64,000 bases of DNA. It comes from Ahniellaceae bacterium. Lineage in GTDB: Bacteria > Pseudomonadota > Gammaproteobacteria > Xanthomonadales > Ahniellaceae. Position 1 is the stretch's first letter; the number at the start of each line of letters is the position of its first letter. This document shows, piece after piece, positions 47,262 to 58,021 of this stretch. The stretch covers positions 138-64,137 of the forward strand of contig JBGASK010000004.1 in assembly GCA_044229785.1 (NCBI GenBank), read 5' to 3'. The notes beneath the pieces were generated by a model that was given only the letters and a program-made list of their open reading frames with translations, had not been told where the DNA came from and did not search any database. The translations under genes were made by a program, and so were the position numbers.

Positions 47262-47669
47262 ATGGAACAATGCAGTCGCACATCGCCATTGCCTGTCGTC
47301 ATGCCACCGATCATCCGCGCCAAGCCGACCCGCCGATCTGCCGCCCGCCCGCGTGTGGCGGCCGAGCCGAAGCGACGCGAGCTGGTGCTGGAAAAGGTCC
47401 TGGCGGCGCTGGCCGATCCGACCCGGCTCGGCATCGTGCAGTATCTGGAACGCGTCGACGACGAGGTCAACTGCGCCGCCTGCAGTTGCCCCGAGCGCTC
47501 CAAGAGCACGATGGCGCACCACTTCAAGGTGCTGCGCGAGGCCGGCGTGCTTGGCACGCGCGAAGTCGGCACGCAGATCATGAACCACGTCCGCCGCGAC
47601 GATCTCGACGCCCGTTTTCCGGGCCTGCTGGACGCGGTGCTGAACGCCGCGCCGCCTTTGCGCCTCTAG
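47262..47669 (+). CDS. ArsR/SmtB-family transcriptional regulator
   Basis: LAALADPTRLGIVQYL....E.........S..STMAHHFKVLREAGV matches the ArsR HTH. An alternative start lies at 47301 (MPPII). Confidence 0.8.
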   Translation: MEQCSRTSPLPVVMPPIIRAKPTRRSAARPRVAAEPKRRELVLEKVLAALADPTRLGIVQYLERVDDEVNCAACSCPERSKSTMAHHFKVLREAGVLGTREVGTQIMNHVRRDDLDARFPGLLDAVLNAAPPLRL

Positions 47670-47759
47670 GCATTCGATGCCATCGCGCTTTCACTGCAGG
47701 CGCGAACGGCCTTTGGCCGAGGTCTGCCGATGTTCCGGCACCGGCGCGGCGACGACAGG

Positions 47760-48794
47760 TCAGGTGCCCGGCTCCCATCCGACCAGCCAGCAGCCCTGCT
47801 CGGCGGCCGCATGCACGAAGGCACTGGTCGCGTTCACGTCGTAGGCCGACAGCCGCAGCACGCCCTTCTCCGCCAAAGCGGCGAGCAACACATCGACGCG
47901 ACGCGCCAGCGCACGAACGTCATGCGGCGCCAGCAGCCCGATCGCGTTGTCGGTCTGCGCGCCGCAGGTGCGCAGCCACCACGGCAGCAGTTCGCGGCGC
48001 CGGCCGCCGACGTCGACCACGGCGAGCCACAGTGGCCATGCCGTCGCAACCGCGGTCGTCCATGCCGATACCTCGACGCGGGTTGCGGCGAGGTCGGAGA
48101 ACAGCGTGTCGATCGATCCGATCGTGATCGCGCGTGCATCACAACGTGCGAGACAGTGCATCCACAACAGCGGTGCCGCCGCACGCCTGAACTGCTCGCT
48201 GTCCACGCCCAGGGTCAGCGTGCCCGGCGGCAATTCGTCGCAGTGCTCCTGCATCGCTGCGTTGCCCGGGATCGTGGCCAGCACGCCATCCCACACCGCC
48301 TGCGCGATGGGTTCCGGCAGATACAGGAATTCGTCTTCGAACACGCCGGCCGCAAGCGCGAACAGGCGCGTGCGTGATGCGCGCCAATGCGGGACTCCGG
48401 ACGCCGGCACGGGCGACGATGGCCGCGGAAGCAGCGCCGCGAGTCGGTCACGCAGGGCCGCGGCGACGCCGTCATCGCATGCAAAGTCGGCACCCGGCAA
48501 CTCGCGCTGGCCCGCGAGCGCCGCTTCGACTTCGGGAAGTTCCAGGCTGCATCCGTTCAGTTGGTGGCCCCAATGGCCGACCTCGACCGGAAACACGCCC
48601 AGTTCGAACCGCAGCACCGGCTCGCGCTGGAACAGCACCAGCACGCAGATGTCGCCGGACCGATTGCGCCAGTGTCCGACCAGCTCGCCGCGACGCGCGT
48701 GGCCGCTGACGAGGTAGCGCCGCACGCGTTCCCCGTCGCCCTGCCGTTCATCCGCCGCCCCGATCTCCTGCCCTTGCTCGTCGCTCGGTTGCAC
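47760..48794 (-). CDS. Hypothetical protein (Trp-rich, no recognised domain), downstream of alkB
   Basis: 344-aa ORF co-oriented with alkB, with a 48-bp gap. Composition is varied, unlike the R/A-rich shadow ORFs. No motif recognised. Confidence 0.45.
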   Translation of the reverse strand: MQPSDEQGQEIGAADERQGDGERVRRYLVSGHARRGELVGHWRNRSGDICVLVLFQREPVLRFELGVFPVEVGHWGHQLNGCSLELPEVEAALAGQRELPGADFACDDGVAAALRDRLAALLPRPSSPVPASGVPHWRASRTRLFALAAGVFEDEFLYLPEPIAQAVWDGVLATIPGNAAMQEHCDELPPGTLTLGVDSEQFRRAAAPLLWMHCLARCDARAITIGSIDTLFSDLAATRVEVSAWTTAVATAWPLWLAVVDVGGRRRELLPWWLRTCGAQTDNAIGLLAPHDVRALARRVDVLLAALAEKGVLRLSAYDVNATSAFVHAAAEQGCWLVGWEPGT

Positions 48795-48842
48795 GCCGGG
48801 TCTCCATCGGACGCCGCGCCGATGGCGGCGGCAAGGGCGATC

Positions 48843-50015
48843 CTATCCCGCGCCGATCCCGTCGCCCAAGCCGAGTCCGCGCATCTGTCGCTCGCGCCGG
48901 CCCGGTTGGAAGTTGATGCGTTCGGGGTCGCGGCCGACCATCGCGACCAGGCGCGGGTCCATCACCCGGAACCACAGCGGCGGCACGTAGGACAGCAGGA
49001 ACATGCCGAAGTAGCCGGTCGGCAATTGCGGCGCTTCGTCGAAATGGCGCAGGCACTGGTAGCGCCGGGTCGCGTTGGCGTGATGGTCGGAATGCCGTTG
49101 CAGATGGAACAGTGCCCAGTTCGAGACCAGATGGTTGCTGTTCCAGGAATGTTCGGGTCTGCAGGGTTCGTGGCGACCATTCGGCAGGCGCTTGCGGGCG
49201 ATCCCGTAGTGTTCGATGTAGTTGGCGCTCGTCAGCTGGAAGTTGGCCCAGAACGAGGCCGCGATCAGGAAGGGCAGCACGCCCGCGCCCAGCCATGCGA
49301 TCAGCGCCGACCACAGGGCGAGCGTGATCAGCGCGGTCTGCACGATGTCGTTGTGCAGGCTGAAGCGCGAGCGGCCCAGCGCCTGCATGCGTTCGCGTTC
49401 GAGCCGCCACGCGCGCCGCCAGGCACCGGGCATTTCCCGCAGCAGGAATGCGTAGATCGATTCGCCCATGCGCGACGAGGCCGGGTCGTCCGGCGTGGCG
49501 ACATCGCGGTGATGGCCGCGGTTGTGTTCGACGTGGAAGTGGCCGTAGCCCGTCGGCGCGAGCACCAGTTTCGCCAGCCGGCGCTCGAAGGCACCGCGCT
49601 TGTGCCCGAGTTCGTGGCCGATGTTGATGCAGAAGCCGCCGACCACCCCGGTCGCGACCGTCACCGCGAGCACGCCATGCCAGGGCAATGCATGACGCGC
49701 GACGAACCAGGCCGCAAACACGAACGCGATCCACAGCAGCGGCACCATCATCCAGGCGATGACGCGGTAATACGGGTCGGCGTCGAGCTCGGCCATCGCC
49801 GCTTCCGGCGGATTGCTGCGGTCCTCGCCGACGATCAGATCGGCGACGGGCAGGCCGATGTAGACCAGCAGCACCGGCCACCACAGGGTCCAGACCTCCG
49901 CGCTCGCGAGGTACAGCAGCGGGCCGGCCGCGGCGAGCAGGGGCACCGCCATCGACAACAGCCAGGTGCTGCGCTTGCGATCGCGATAGGGAACGGACTC
50001 GACAATGGCGTTCAT
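48843..50015 (-). CDS. alkB: Alkane 1-monooxygenase (membrane di-iron hydroxylase)
   Basis: Histidine boxes HELGHK, EHNRGHH and LQRHSDHH. Start taken at MNAIVESVPY. Confidence 0.9.
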   Translation of the reverse strand: MNAIVESVPYRDRKRSTWLLSMAVPLLAAAGPLLYLASAEVWTLWWPVLLVYIGLPVADLIVGEDRSNPPEAAMAELDADPYYRVIAWMMVPLLWIAFVFAAWFVARHALPWHGVLAVTVATGVVGGFCINIGHELGHKRGAFERRLAKLVLAPTGYGHFHVEHNRGHHRDVATPDDPASSRMGESIYAFLLREMPGAWRRAWRLERERMQALGRSRFSLHNDIVQTALITLALWSALIAWLGAGVLPFLIAASFWANFQLTSANYIEHYGIARKRLPNGRHEPCRPEHSWNSNHLVSNWALFHLQRHSDHHANATRRYQCLRHFDEAPQLPTGYFGMFLLSYVPPLWFRVMDPRLVAMVGRDPERINFQPGRRERQMRGLGLGDGIGAG

Positions 50016-50173
50016 GGCGGACTCGCAGTGCGGGATGCCCCCAGTGTGCGTGGAACGAGGGCGACGGAACACCGATGCATTCGCCAGGAATTCGTCATTT
50101 CCTGCCAATGGCGCTTGCCGATCGCGCACCTGCCGCGCATCATCCACCGCGGTTCTTCAGCGGAGTGCGGACG

Positions 50174-50353
50174 ATGGACATGAGCAACGGTTCCTATGTC
50201 GTCGGCTGGGGCACCTTGTCCCTGGTCAACGCCGGACTGGCCCAGGGCAAGGGTCGCAGCGGCCTGAACTGGTGGCTGATCTCGCTGCTGCTCGGACCGG
50301 TGGCAACCTTCCTGATCGTGTTCCTGGATCCGGTCGTGAAGAAAGCGGACTGA
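50174..50353 (+). CDS. Small membrane protein (59 aa)
   Basis: GGAG RBS then MDMSNGSYVVGWGTLSLVNAGLAQ...NWWLISLLLGPVATFLIVFL (two hydrophobic segments). It ends 5 nt before the AraC start. Confidence 0.4.
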   Translation: MDMSNGSYVVGWGTLSLVNAGLAQGKGRSGLNWWLISLLLGPVATFLIVFLDPVVKKAD

Positions 50354-50358
50354 GCACG

Positions 50359-51399
50359 ATGCGCGCAGACCGCGCGCGTCGCGATCCGTCGACCGGCGGC
50401 GCTGCACCCGCGTTCCATCCGGTCTATCTGCGCGTGCTGGGCGCGGTGCTCGCGCGGCGCGGCGTCGATGCGCCGGCGTTGACGCATGCCCATGCCATTG
50501 CGGGCGACGAGGACGAGATGGTGCCCCTGGCGCCCGCGCGCGAACTGATGACGGCGGCGATGGCCGCGACGGCAACGCCCTGGCTCGGTCTCGAACTCGG
50601 CGCCGCGGCGCAGACCCATACACACGGCCTGGTCGGCAGCGCGGCGTTCGCAAGCGAGACGCTGGAGGCGGCCCTGAAGACGATCGCCCGATACGCGCCG
50701 TTGCGCACGCGCGCCCTCGACTTCGAATGGCGCACGCGCCGCGACGGCGGCGAACTCGTCATCACGACGGCGCTCGATCTGGGTCCGGCGCGCGGGTTCG
50801 TCTTCGACGCGATGCTGGTGATCGTCGAACGTGTCCTGCAATCGCTGTCCGGGCAGTCGCTGGCACGCGCCCGGTATCGCCTGCCCGGCCCTGCGCCGCC
50901 GTGGTGCGAGCGCTATCGCGACCATCTCGAAGGCGAGGTCGGGTTCGAACGCGGCGAACGCCTGCGCCTGCAATTTCCTGCGGTCTTGTTGTCCGCGTCC
51001 TGCCTGACCGCCGATGCCGCGGGCCACGCCCGCGCCGCCGAAGCCTGCACGCGCCTGCTCGATGCGCAACAGCAGGGGCGCGGCATCGGCGAACGCGTGC
51101 GCATGCTGCTGGCCGCCAGTGCCGACCGTTTGCCCGACGCCGCGGAGATCGCGACGCGACTGAATCTGTCGCCGCGCAGCCTGCACCGCCATCTCGCCGA
51201 CGAAGGCCTCGGCTTGCGCGCCTTGCACGACGAACTGCGCAGCGAACGTGCCCGCTTCTGGCTCGCCGAAACCGACCTGCCGGTGGAACGCATCGCCGAA
51301 CGCCTCGGCTACGCCGACGCCAGCAACTTCGCGCGGTGTTTCCGGCGCTGGGTCGGCCAGACGCCACGTGAATATCGGCGTGAGCGCCCGAGCACTTGA
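50359..51399 (+). CDS. AraC-family transcriptional regulator (AlkR-like position next to alkB)
   Basis: C-terminal dual HTH (IATRLNLSPRSLHRHL ... IAERLGYADASNFARCFRRWVGQTPREYR). 346 aa. Confidence 0.85.
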   Translation: MRADRARRDPSTGGAAPAFHPVYLRVLGAVLARRGVDAPALTHAHAIAGDEDEMVPLAPARELMTAAMAATATPWLGLELGAAAQTHTHGLVGSAAFASETLEAALKTIARYAPLRTRALDFEWRTRRDGGELVITTALDLGPARGFVFDAMLVIVERVLQSLSGQSLARARYRLPGPAPPWCERYRDHLEGEVGFERGERLRLQFPAVLLSASCLTADAAGHARAAEACTRLLDAQQQGRGIGERVRMLLAASADRLPDAAEIATRLNLSPRSLHRHLADEGLGLRALHDELRSERARFWLAETDLPVERIAERLGYADASNFARCFRRWVGQTPREYRRERPST

Positions 51400-51728
51400 A
51401 TGGCGTTCAAGAGGGCCGTGATATCGTTCATCCATCGCAATCGATGTTCAGAGCAATCGCCATGGCCATTCACAGCAGCCTGTTCGGATCTGTCACGGTT
51501 TCCGGCAAGGAAGCCAAGGCTTTTCGTCGCGCGATGAAGAATCCGGCGGCCTCGCCCGCGGCGGTAGATGCTGTTTTGCGTGGTCGTGAGATGGCGAGAG
51601 CGATCATGGAGACGGGCGTGGCTGTGTCGAACCTTCGGCCCAAGGAATCGACCAAGCGTCGAAGCAAAGACGTCGCTCGGTGAGCAATTCGCCCTCCGGC
51701 CTCCACTATCGGGCCATCCAGGCTGAAG

Positions 51729-51911
51729 ATGTCGTTGATCGCCGGTTGCCGTTACCTGCTTGTCGATGCCAAAGAATCTTCCGTTCGTTTCTACGAGCGA
51801 CATGGCTTCGCCAGATTGGGCGAATTGCCGGACGCCGAGAGCGACTTGACGTCGATGTATGTCGACTTGCTTCCCGTCGCCCGGGCTGTGTCCGGCGGCA
51901 ACAGACCCTAG
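51729..51911 (+). pseudogene. C-terminal remnant of a GNAT-family acetyltransferase
   Basis: LLVDAKESSVRFYERHGFARLGE...MYVDL is a GNAT C-terminal motif-B-like segment. The open frame reaches back only to 51684 (at most about 76 codons), so the N-terminal half is missing. The local sequence is visibly less G+C-rich. Confidence 0.4.
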
Positions 51912-51920
51912 ACTACGCCC

Positions 51921-53795
51921 ATGCTCAGTTTCTCCAATCTCCGCCTGCGGCGCGGGCCGCGGGTGCTTATCGATGGCTTGTCCGCGACCATCCACCGCGG
52001 CCAGCGGGTCGGTTTCGTCGGCCGCAACGGCACCGGCAAGTCCAGCCTGTTCGCGATGATCCTCGGCGATCTGCAGCCCGATCAGGGCGACGTATCCATG
52101 CCGAAGAACCTGACGATCGCGACGGTGGCGCAGGAAATGCCGCACACCGACCAGCCGGCGATCGAGTACGTGCTCGACGGCGACGCCGAACTGCGTGCGG
52201 TCGAGGCCGCGCTGGTCGAAGCCGAGATCGTGCACGACGCCGACGCCATCGCCCACGGCCACGAGCGCCTGCATGCGATCGGCGGTTATGCCGCCTCGGC
52301 GCGTGCGGCGCGCATGCTCGACGGCCTCGGCTTCAAGCCGGACCAGATCAACAACCCGGTCGATTCGTTCTCGGGCGGCTGGCGCATGCGCCTGAACCTG
52401 GCGCGGGTGCTGATGACCCGCGCCGATCTGATGCTGCTCGACGAACCGACCAACCATCTCGACATCGATGCCGTGGTCTGGCTGCAGAACTGGCTGCTGG
52501 CCTACGAGGGCACCTTGCTGACGATTTCGCACGACCGCGAATTCCTCGACGCGATCTGTACCCACACCCTGCATCTGGCCGAGCTGAAGGCGACGCTGTA
52601 CACCGGCAACTACTCGCAGTTCGAACGCTTGCGCGCCGAACGCATGGCCCAGCAGGCTGCGATCTCGGCGGCGCAGCAGCGCACCATCGCGCACTTGCAG
52701 AGCTTCGTCGACCGCTTCAAGGCGAGTGCGGCGAAGGCGCGCCTGGCGCAGTCGCGCGTGAAGATGATCGAACGCATCAAGCTGGTTGCGCCGGTCGTCG
52801 CCGACAGCGAATTCAGCTTCGACTTCCCGGCGCCGGACAAGCTGCCGTCGCCGCTGATCCGCCTGCACGACGCCGCCGTCGGCTACGGCGAGCGCACGGT
52901 GTTGTCGGGCATCAAGCTCAGTCTCGAGCCGGGCCAGCGCATCGGCCTGGTCGGACCGAACGGCGAAGGCAAGTCGACCCTGGTGAAACTGCTCGCCGGA
53001 GAACTCGACATCCGCAACGGCGAAATGACGCGCCATCCGGACCTGCGGGTCGGCTACTTCGCGCAGCATCAGCTCGAACAGTTGAACCCGGACGCGTCGC
53101 CGCTCGACCACTTCAAGGAACTCGATCCGAAGAAGGGCGAGCAGGAATTGCGCGGGGTGCTCGGCGGCTTCAATTTCGTCGGCGACCGCGTGTTCGAAAA
53201 GGTCGGGCCGTTCTCGGGCGGCGAGAAGGCGCGTCTGGCGCTGGCCATGGTGGTGTATCGCAAGCCGAACCTGCTGCTGCTCGACGAACCGACCAACCAT
53301 CTCGACCTGGACATGCGCCAGGCCCTGGAGATCGCGCTGTCGGACTTCGACGGCGCCGTGGTGCTGGTCTCGCATGATCGCCATCTCGTCGGCGCCACCT
53401 GCGACCAGCTCGTGCGTGTCTGCGACGGCGTGGTCGGCGAGTTCGACGGCGATCTCGACGCCTATGCGAAGTGGCTGAGCTCGCGCGGCAACACGCCGCG
53501 CAACGAGGGCGGCGGCAAGTCGTCGGAGCGGTCGCCGCGCCAGAACGACAAGGCCGCGAAGAAGCAGGAGCGTGCCCTGCGCGAGACATTGAAGCAGGCC
53601 GAGGCCGAGATGGAACAGTTGCAGAAGGCGATGCAGCAGGCCGACGCCGAAGTGGCCGCGCCCGGCTTCTTCAACCAGGACAAGTTCAAGGTGCTGGCCG
53701 CCACCCAACGCCAGAGCGAAGCACGACGCAAGCTCGACGAAGCCGAAGCACGCTGGCTCGCCGCGGCGGAAGCGGTCGAGGCGCTCGCGAACTAG
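51921..53795 (+). CDS. ABC-F family ATPase (YheS/Uup-like, no TM domain)
   Basis: Two ABC cassettes (GRNGTGKSS / GPNGEGKST, LSGG-type FSGGWRMR / FSGGEKAR, LLLDEPTNHLD twice) and a charged C-terminal coiled-coil. Confidence 0.9.
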   Translation: MLSFSNLRLRRGPRVLIDGLSATIHRGQRVGFVGRNGTGKSSLFAMILGDLQPDQGDVSMPKNLTIATVAQEMPHTDQPAIEYVLDGDAELRAVEAALVEAEIVHDADAIAHGHERLHAIGGYAASARAARMLDGLGFKPDQINNPVDSFSGGWRMRLNLARVLMTRADLMLLDEPTNHLDIDAVVWLQNWLLAYEGTLLTISHDREFLDAICTHTLHLAELKATLYTGNYSQFERLRAERMAQQAAISAAQQRTIAHLQSFVDRFKASAAKARLAQSRVKMIERIKLVAPVVADSEFSFDFPAPDKLPSPLIRLHDAAVGYGERTVLSGIKLSLEPGQRIGLVGPNGEGKSTLVKLLAGELDIRNGEMTRHPDLRVGYFAQHQLEQLNPDASPLDHFKELDPKKGEQELRGVLGGFNFVGDRVFEKVGPFSGGEKARLALAMVVYRKPNLLLLDEPTNHLDLDMRQALEIALSDFDGAVVLVSHDRHLVGATCDQLVRVCDGVVGEFDGDLDAYAKWLSSRGNTPRNEGGGKSSERSPRQNDKAAKKQERALRETLKQAEAEMEQLQKAMQQADAEVAAPGFFNQDKFKVLAATQRQSEARRKLDEAEARWLAAAEAVEALAN

Positions 53796-54724
53796 GGTGT
53801 CGCGAGGAACGGGTGCGTGGCCCGCCAGTGCCGCGCGATGTCGATGCGGCGGCATACCCAGACGCGCTCGTGTTTCGCGATGTGGTCGAGGAAGCGTTGC
53901 AGGGCGACGATGCGACCGGGCCGCCCGAGCAGGCGGCAATGCATGCCGATCGACAGCATCCGCGGCGTCTCCGCACCTTCCGCATACAGCGCATCGAAGC
54001 TGTCGCGCAGGTATTCGAAGAAGTGGCCGGCGGTGTTGAACCCCTGCGGCGTCGCGAAGCGCATGTCGTTGGTGTCCAGCGTGTAGGGCACGACCAGGTG
54101 CGGCTTGCGCGAGCCGTCGGACAACGCGACCTCGGTCCAGAACGGCAGGTCGTCGCCGTAGTAGTCGCTGTCGTACTCGAAGCCGCCGTGTTCGACGACG
54201 AGGCGACGCGTGTTCGGCGAATCGCGGCCGGTGTACCAGCCGAGCGGCGCGGCGCCGGCGAGCTCGCGCTGGATGGCGATTGCGCGCAGCAGATGTTCGC
54301 GCTCCACGTCCTCGGGGATGTTCTGGTAATGGATCCAGCGCCAGCCGTGCGAGGCGATCTCGTGGCCGAGCTCGATGCAGGCGTGCACGAATTCCGGATG
54401 ACGCTGCATCGCCATCGCGACGCCGAACACGGTGAGCGGCAGGCCGCGGCGTTCGAACTCGCGCAGGATGCGCCAGCCGCCGACCCGCGAGCCGTATTCG
54501 TAGATCGATTCCATGCTCAGGTGGCGATCCGGATAACTCGCGGCACCGATGATCTCGGACAGGAACTGCTCCGAGCCGCCGTCGCCGTGCAGCACGCAGT
54601 TCTCGCCGCCCTCTTCGTAGTTCAGCACGAATTGCACGGCGATGCGGGCGTCGCCCGGCCATTGCGCCTGCGGCGGGTTGCGGCCGTAGCCGATCAGGTC
54701 GCGGGGATAACGGGTGGTGTCCAT
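53792..54724 (-). CDS. puuE: Allantoinase PuuE (polysaccharide-deacetylase fold)
   Basis: N-terminal YPRDLIGYG..PP.A.WPG.ARIAVQFVLNYEEGGE is characteristic of PuuE. 310 aa. Confidence 0.82.
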   Translation of the reverse strand: MDTTRYPRDLIGYGRNPPQAQWPGDARIAVQFVLNYEEGGENCVLHGDGGSEQFLSEIIGAASYPDRHLSMESIYEYGSRVGGWRILREFERRGLPLTVFGVAMAMQRHPEFVHACIELGHEIASHGWRWIHYQNIPEDVEREHLLRAIAIQRELAGAAPLGWYTGRDSPNTRRLVVEHGGFEYDSDYYGDDLPFWTEVALSDGSRKPHLVVPYTLDTNDMRFATPQGFNTAGHFFEYLRDSFDALYAEGAETPRMLSIGMHCRLLGRPGRIVALQRFLDHIAKHERVWVCRRIDIARHWRATHPFLATP

Positions 54725-54751
54725 CGTCCTAGTGTCGCGATCCCGACGGGT

Positions 54752-56923
<2,172 letters not shown>

Positions 56924-57078
56924 CGGGAAGTCTTTCGGAGCCGGGGCGGCAGTCTAGCGGCGTGTTCCACAGGCCGATTCGTCGGCGGAAACTTCGTGGC
57001 CGGGCGGGTCTCGGGGCCGATTTTGAGCCCGGGTCGAGAAAATGGCGTCAACCAATTGATTCGGATCGATAATCACCC

Positions 57079-57113
57079 TTATCCACATCTTCTGTGGATA
57101 ACTGTGTGGATCG
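57079..57113. promoter_or_regulatory. Cluster of three DnaA boxes: TTATCCACA, then TGTGGATAA and TGTGGATCG in the opposite orientation
   Basis: 57079-57087 and 57093-57101 are perfect 9/9 matches to the consensus on opposite strands, 5 bp apart. 57105-57113 matches 7/9. Confidence 0.7.
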
Positions 57114-57198
57114 AGCATCCAACAAACCCGGCCGAGCGCGCCACGACGCGGCCTGCGGCCAGCCCGGTCAAAAACTAGCCATATCGCTATGTATTTGC

Positions 57199-57211
57199 AA
57201 ATCAATAACTT
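57199..57211. promoter_or_regulatory. Exact match to the IHF core consensus WATCAA-N4-TTR (AATCAATAACTTG)
   Basis: Read directly, in a locally A+T-richer stretch about 90 bp from the DnaA-box triad. It is adjacent to the 10-bp palindrome ATTTGCAAAT. Confidence 0.35.
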
Positions 57212-57344
57212 GCGAAGGCGTCGTTGGCAACGGAAGGTCACGTCCCGGCCACGTGACAGCGACTTGACAAGCTTTCCGGCGCCTGCGAACTACGCCGCAA
57301 ACGGGGGCCGTGCAGAAATGCGGCGGAGCGGCTGATTCGGACCC

Positions 57345-57372
57345 TGTCAACCGTTTTTCCGCAGCCGCGTTT
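57345..57372 (+). promoter_or_regulatory. ECF-type promoter-like motif (AAC-N16-CGT) upstream of the ECF sigma gene
   Basis: tgtcAAC-N16-CGTtt, with AAC at 57349-57351 and CGT at 57368-57370, about 35 bp upstream of the ATG at 57404. Weak evidence. Confidence 0.25.
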
Positions 57373-57403
57373 CCCGGTTTCGAGTTCCCCAACCGCGCCT
57401 ACA

Positions 57404-58021
57404 ATGACCCTGACCCTGGCGATGCACTGGATGGACAGCGACCGCCCCGCGACCCCGCGTGCCGGTACGCCGGCCGCCCGCAACCACGATGCGCTCGAGG
57501 CCTTCCTGCGCGGCATCGAGCGACGCGCATTGCGCATGGCCGAGTTGTCGGTGGGCGGACGCGAGGACGCGCTCGATATCGTCCAGGATTGCATGCTGGC
57601 CTTCGTGCGCAACTATCGCGACAAACCCGCCGCCGACTGGGCGCCGCTGTTCCATCGCGTGCTCGACAGCCGCGTGCTCGACTTCCATCGTCGCCACCAG
57701 GTGCGTTCGCGCTGGCTGGGCTGGATCGATCGGCTGGTCGGGCGCGACGAGGTCGACGAGGACCCGCTCGCGAACATCGCCGACGCCCACGCGCCGCAAC
57801 CCTGGCAGGCGGTGGCCGATGGCGAGACCGCCAAGGCCCTCGACGCCGCATTGCGGGCGCTGCCGAACCGGCAACGCCAGGCCTTCCTGCTGCGCGTCTG
57901 GGAAGGGCTCGACGTCGCCGACACGGCGCGCGCGATGGCCTGCAGCGAAGGCAGCGTCAAGACCCACCTGTCGCGCGCGATGACGGCATTGCGCGCGCAA
58001 CTGGAGCATCATCATGGCTGA
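57404..58021 (+). CDS. ECF-subfamily RNA polymerase sigma factor
   Basis: Region 2 (DALDIVQDCMLAFVRNY) and region 4 HTH (RQRQAFLLRVWEGLDVADTARAMACSEGSVKTHLSRA). The start could be a downstream Met. Confidence 0.85.
   Translation: MTLTLAMHWMDSDRPATPRAGTPAARNHDALEAFLRGIERRALRMAELSVGGREDALDIVQDCMLAFVRNYRDKPAADWAPLFHRVLDSRVLDFHRRHQVRSRWLGWIDRLVGRDEVDEDPLANIADAHAPQPWQAVADGETAKALDAALRALPNRQRQAFLLRVWEGLDVADTARAMACSEGSVKTHLSRAMTALRAQLEHHHG

Noticed and set aside
51396-51683. A small ORF (MAIHSSLFGSVTVSGKEAKAFRRAMKNP...) as a bona fide antitoxin gene.
   Set aside because: I recognise no RHH, DUF1778 or Xre signature. It is kept only as context for the GNAT remnant finding.
57040-57230. The DnaA-box cluster as the chromosomal origin (oriC).
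   Set aside because: There is no dnaA, dnaN or gidA context, only three boxes, and no recognisable array of A+T-rich 13-mer unwinding repeats. A DARS/datA-like or promoter-regulatory role fits better.
57237-57270. Palindrome GTCACGT-N7-ACGTGAC and a TTGACA hexamer as the sigma-operon promoter or operator.
   Set aside because: There is no acceptable -10 hexamer at 16-18 bp spacing from TTGACA. The palindrome alone does not support a specific call.
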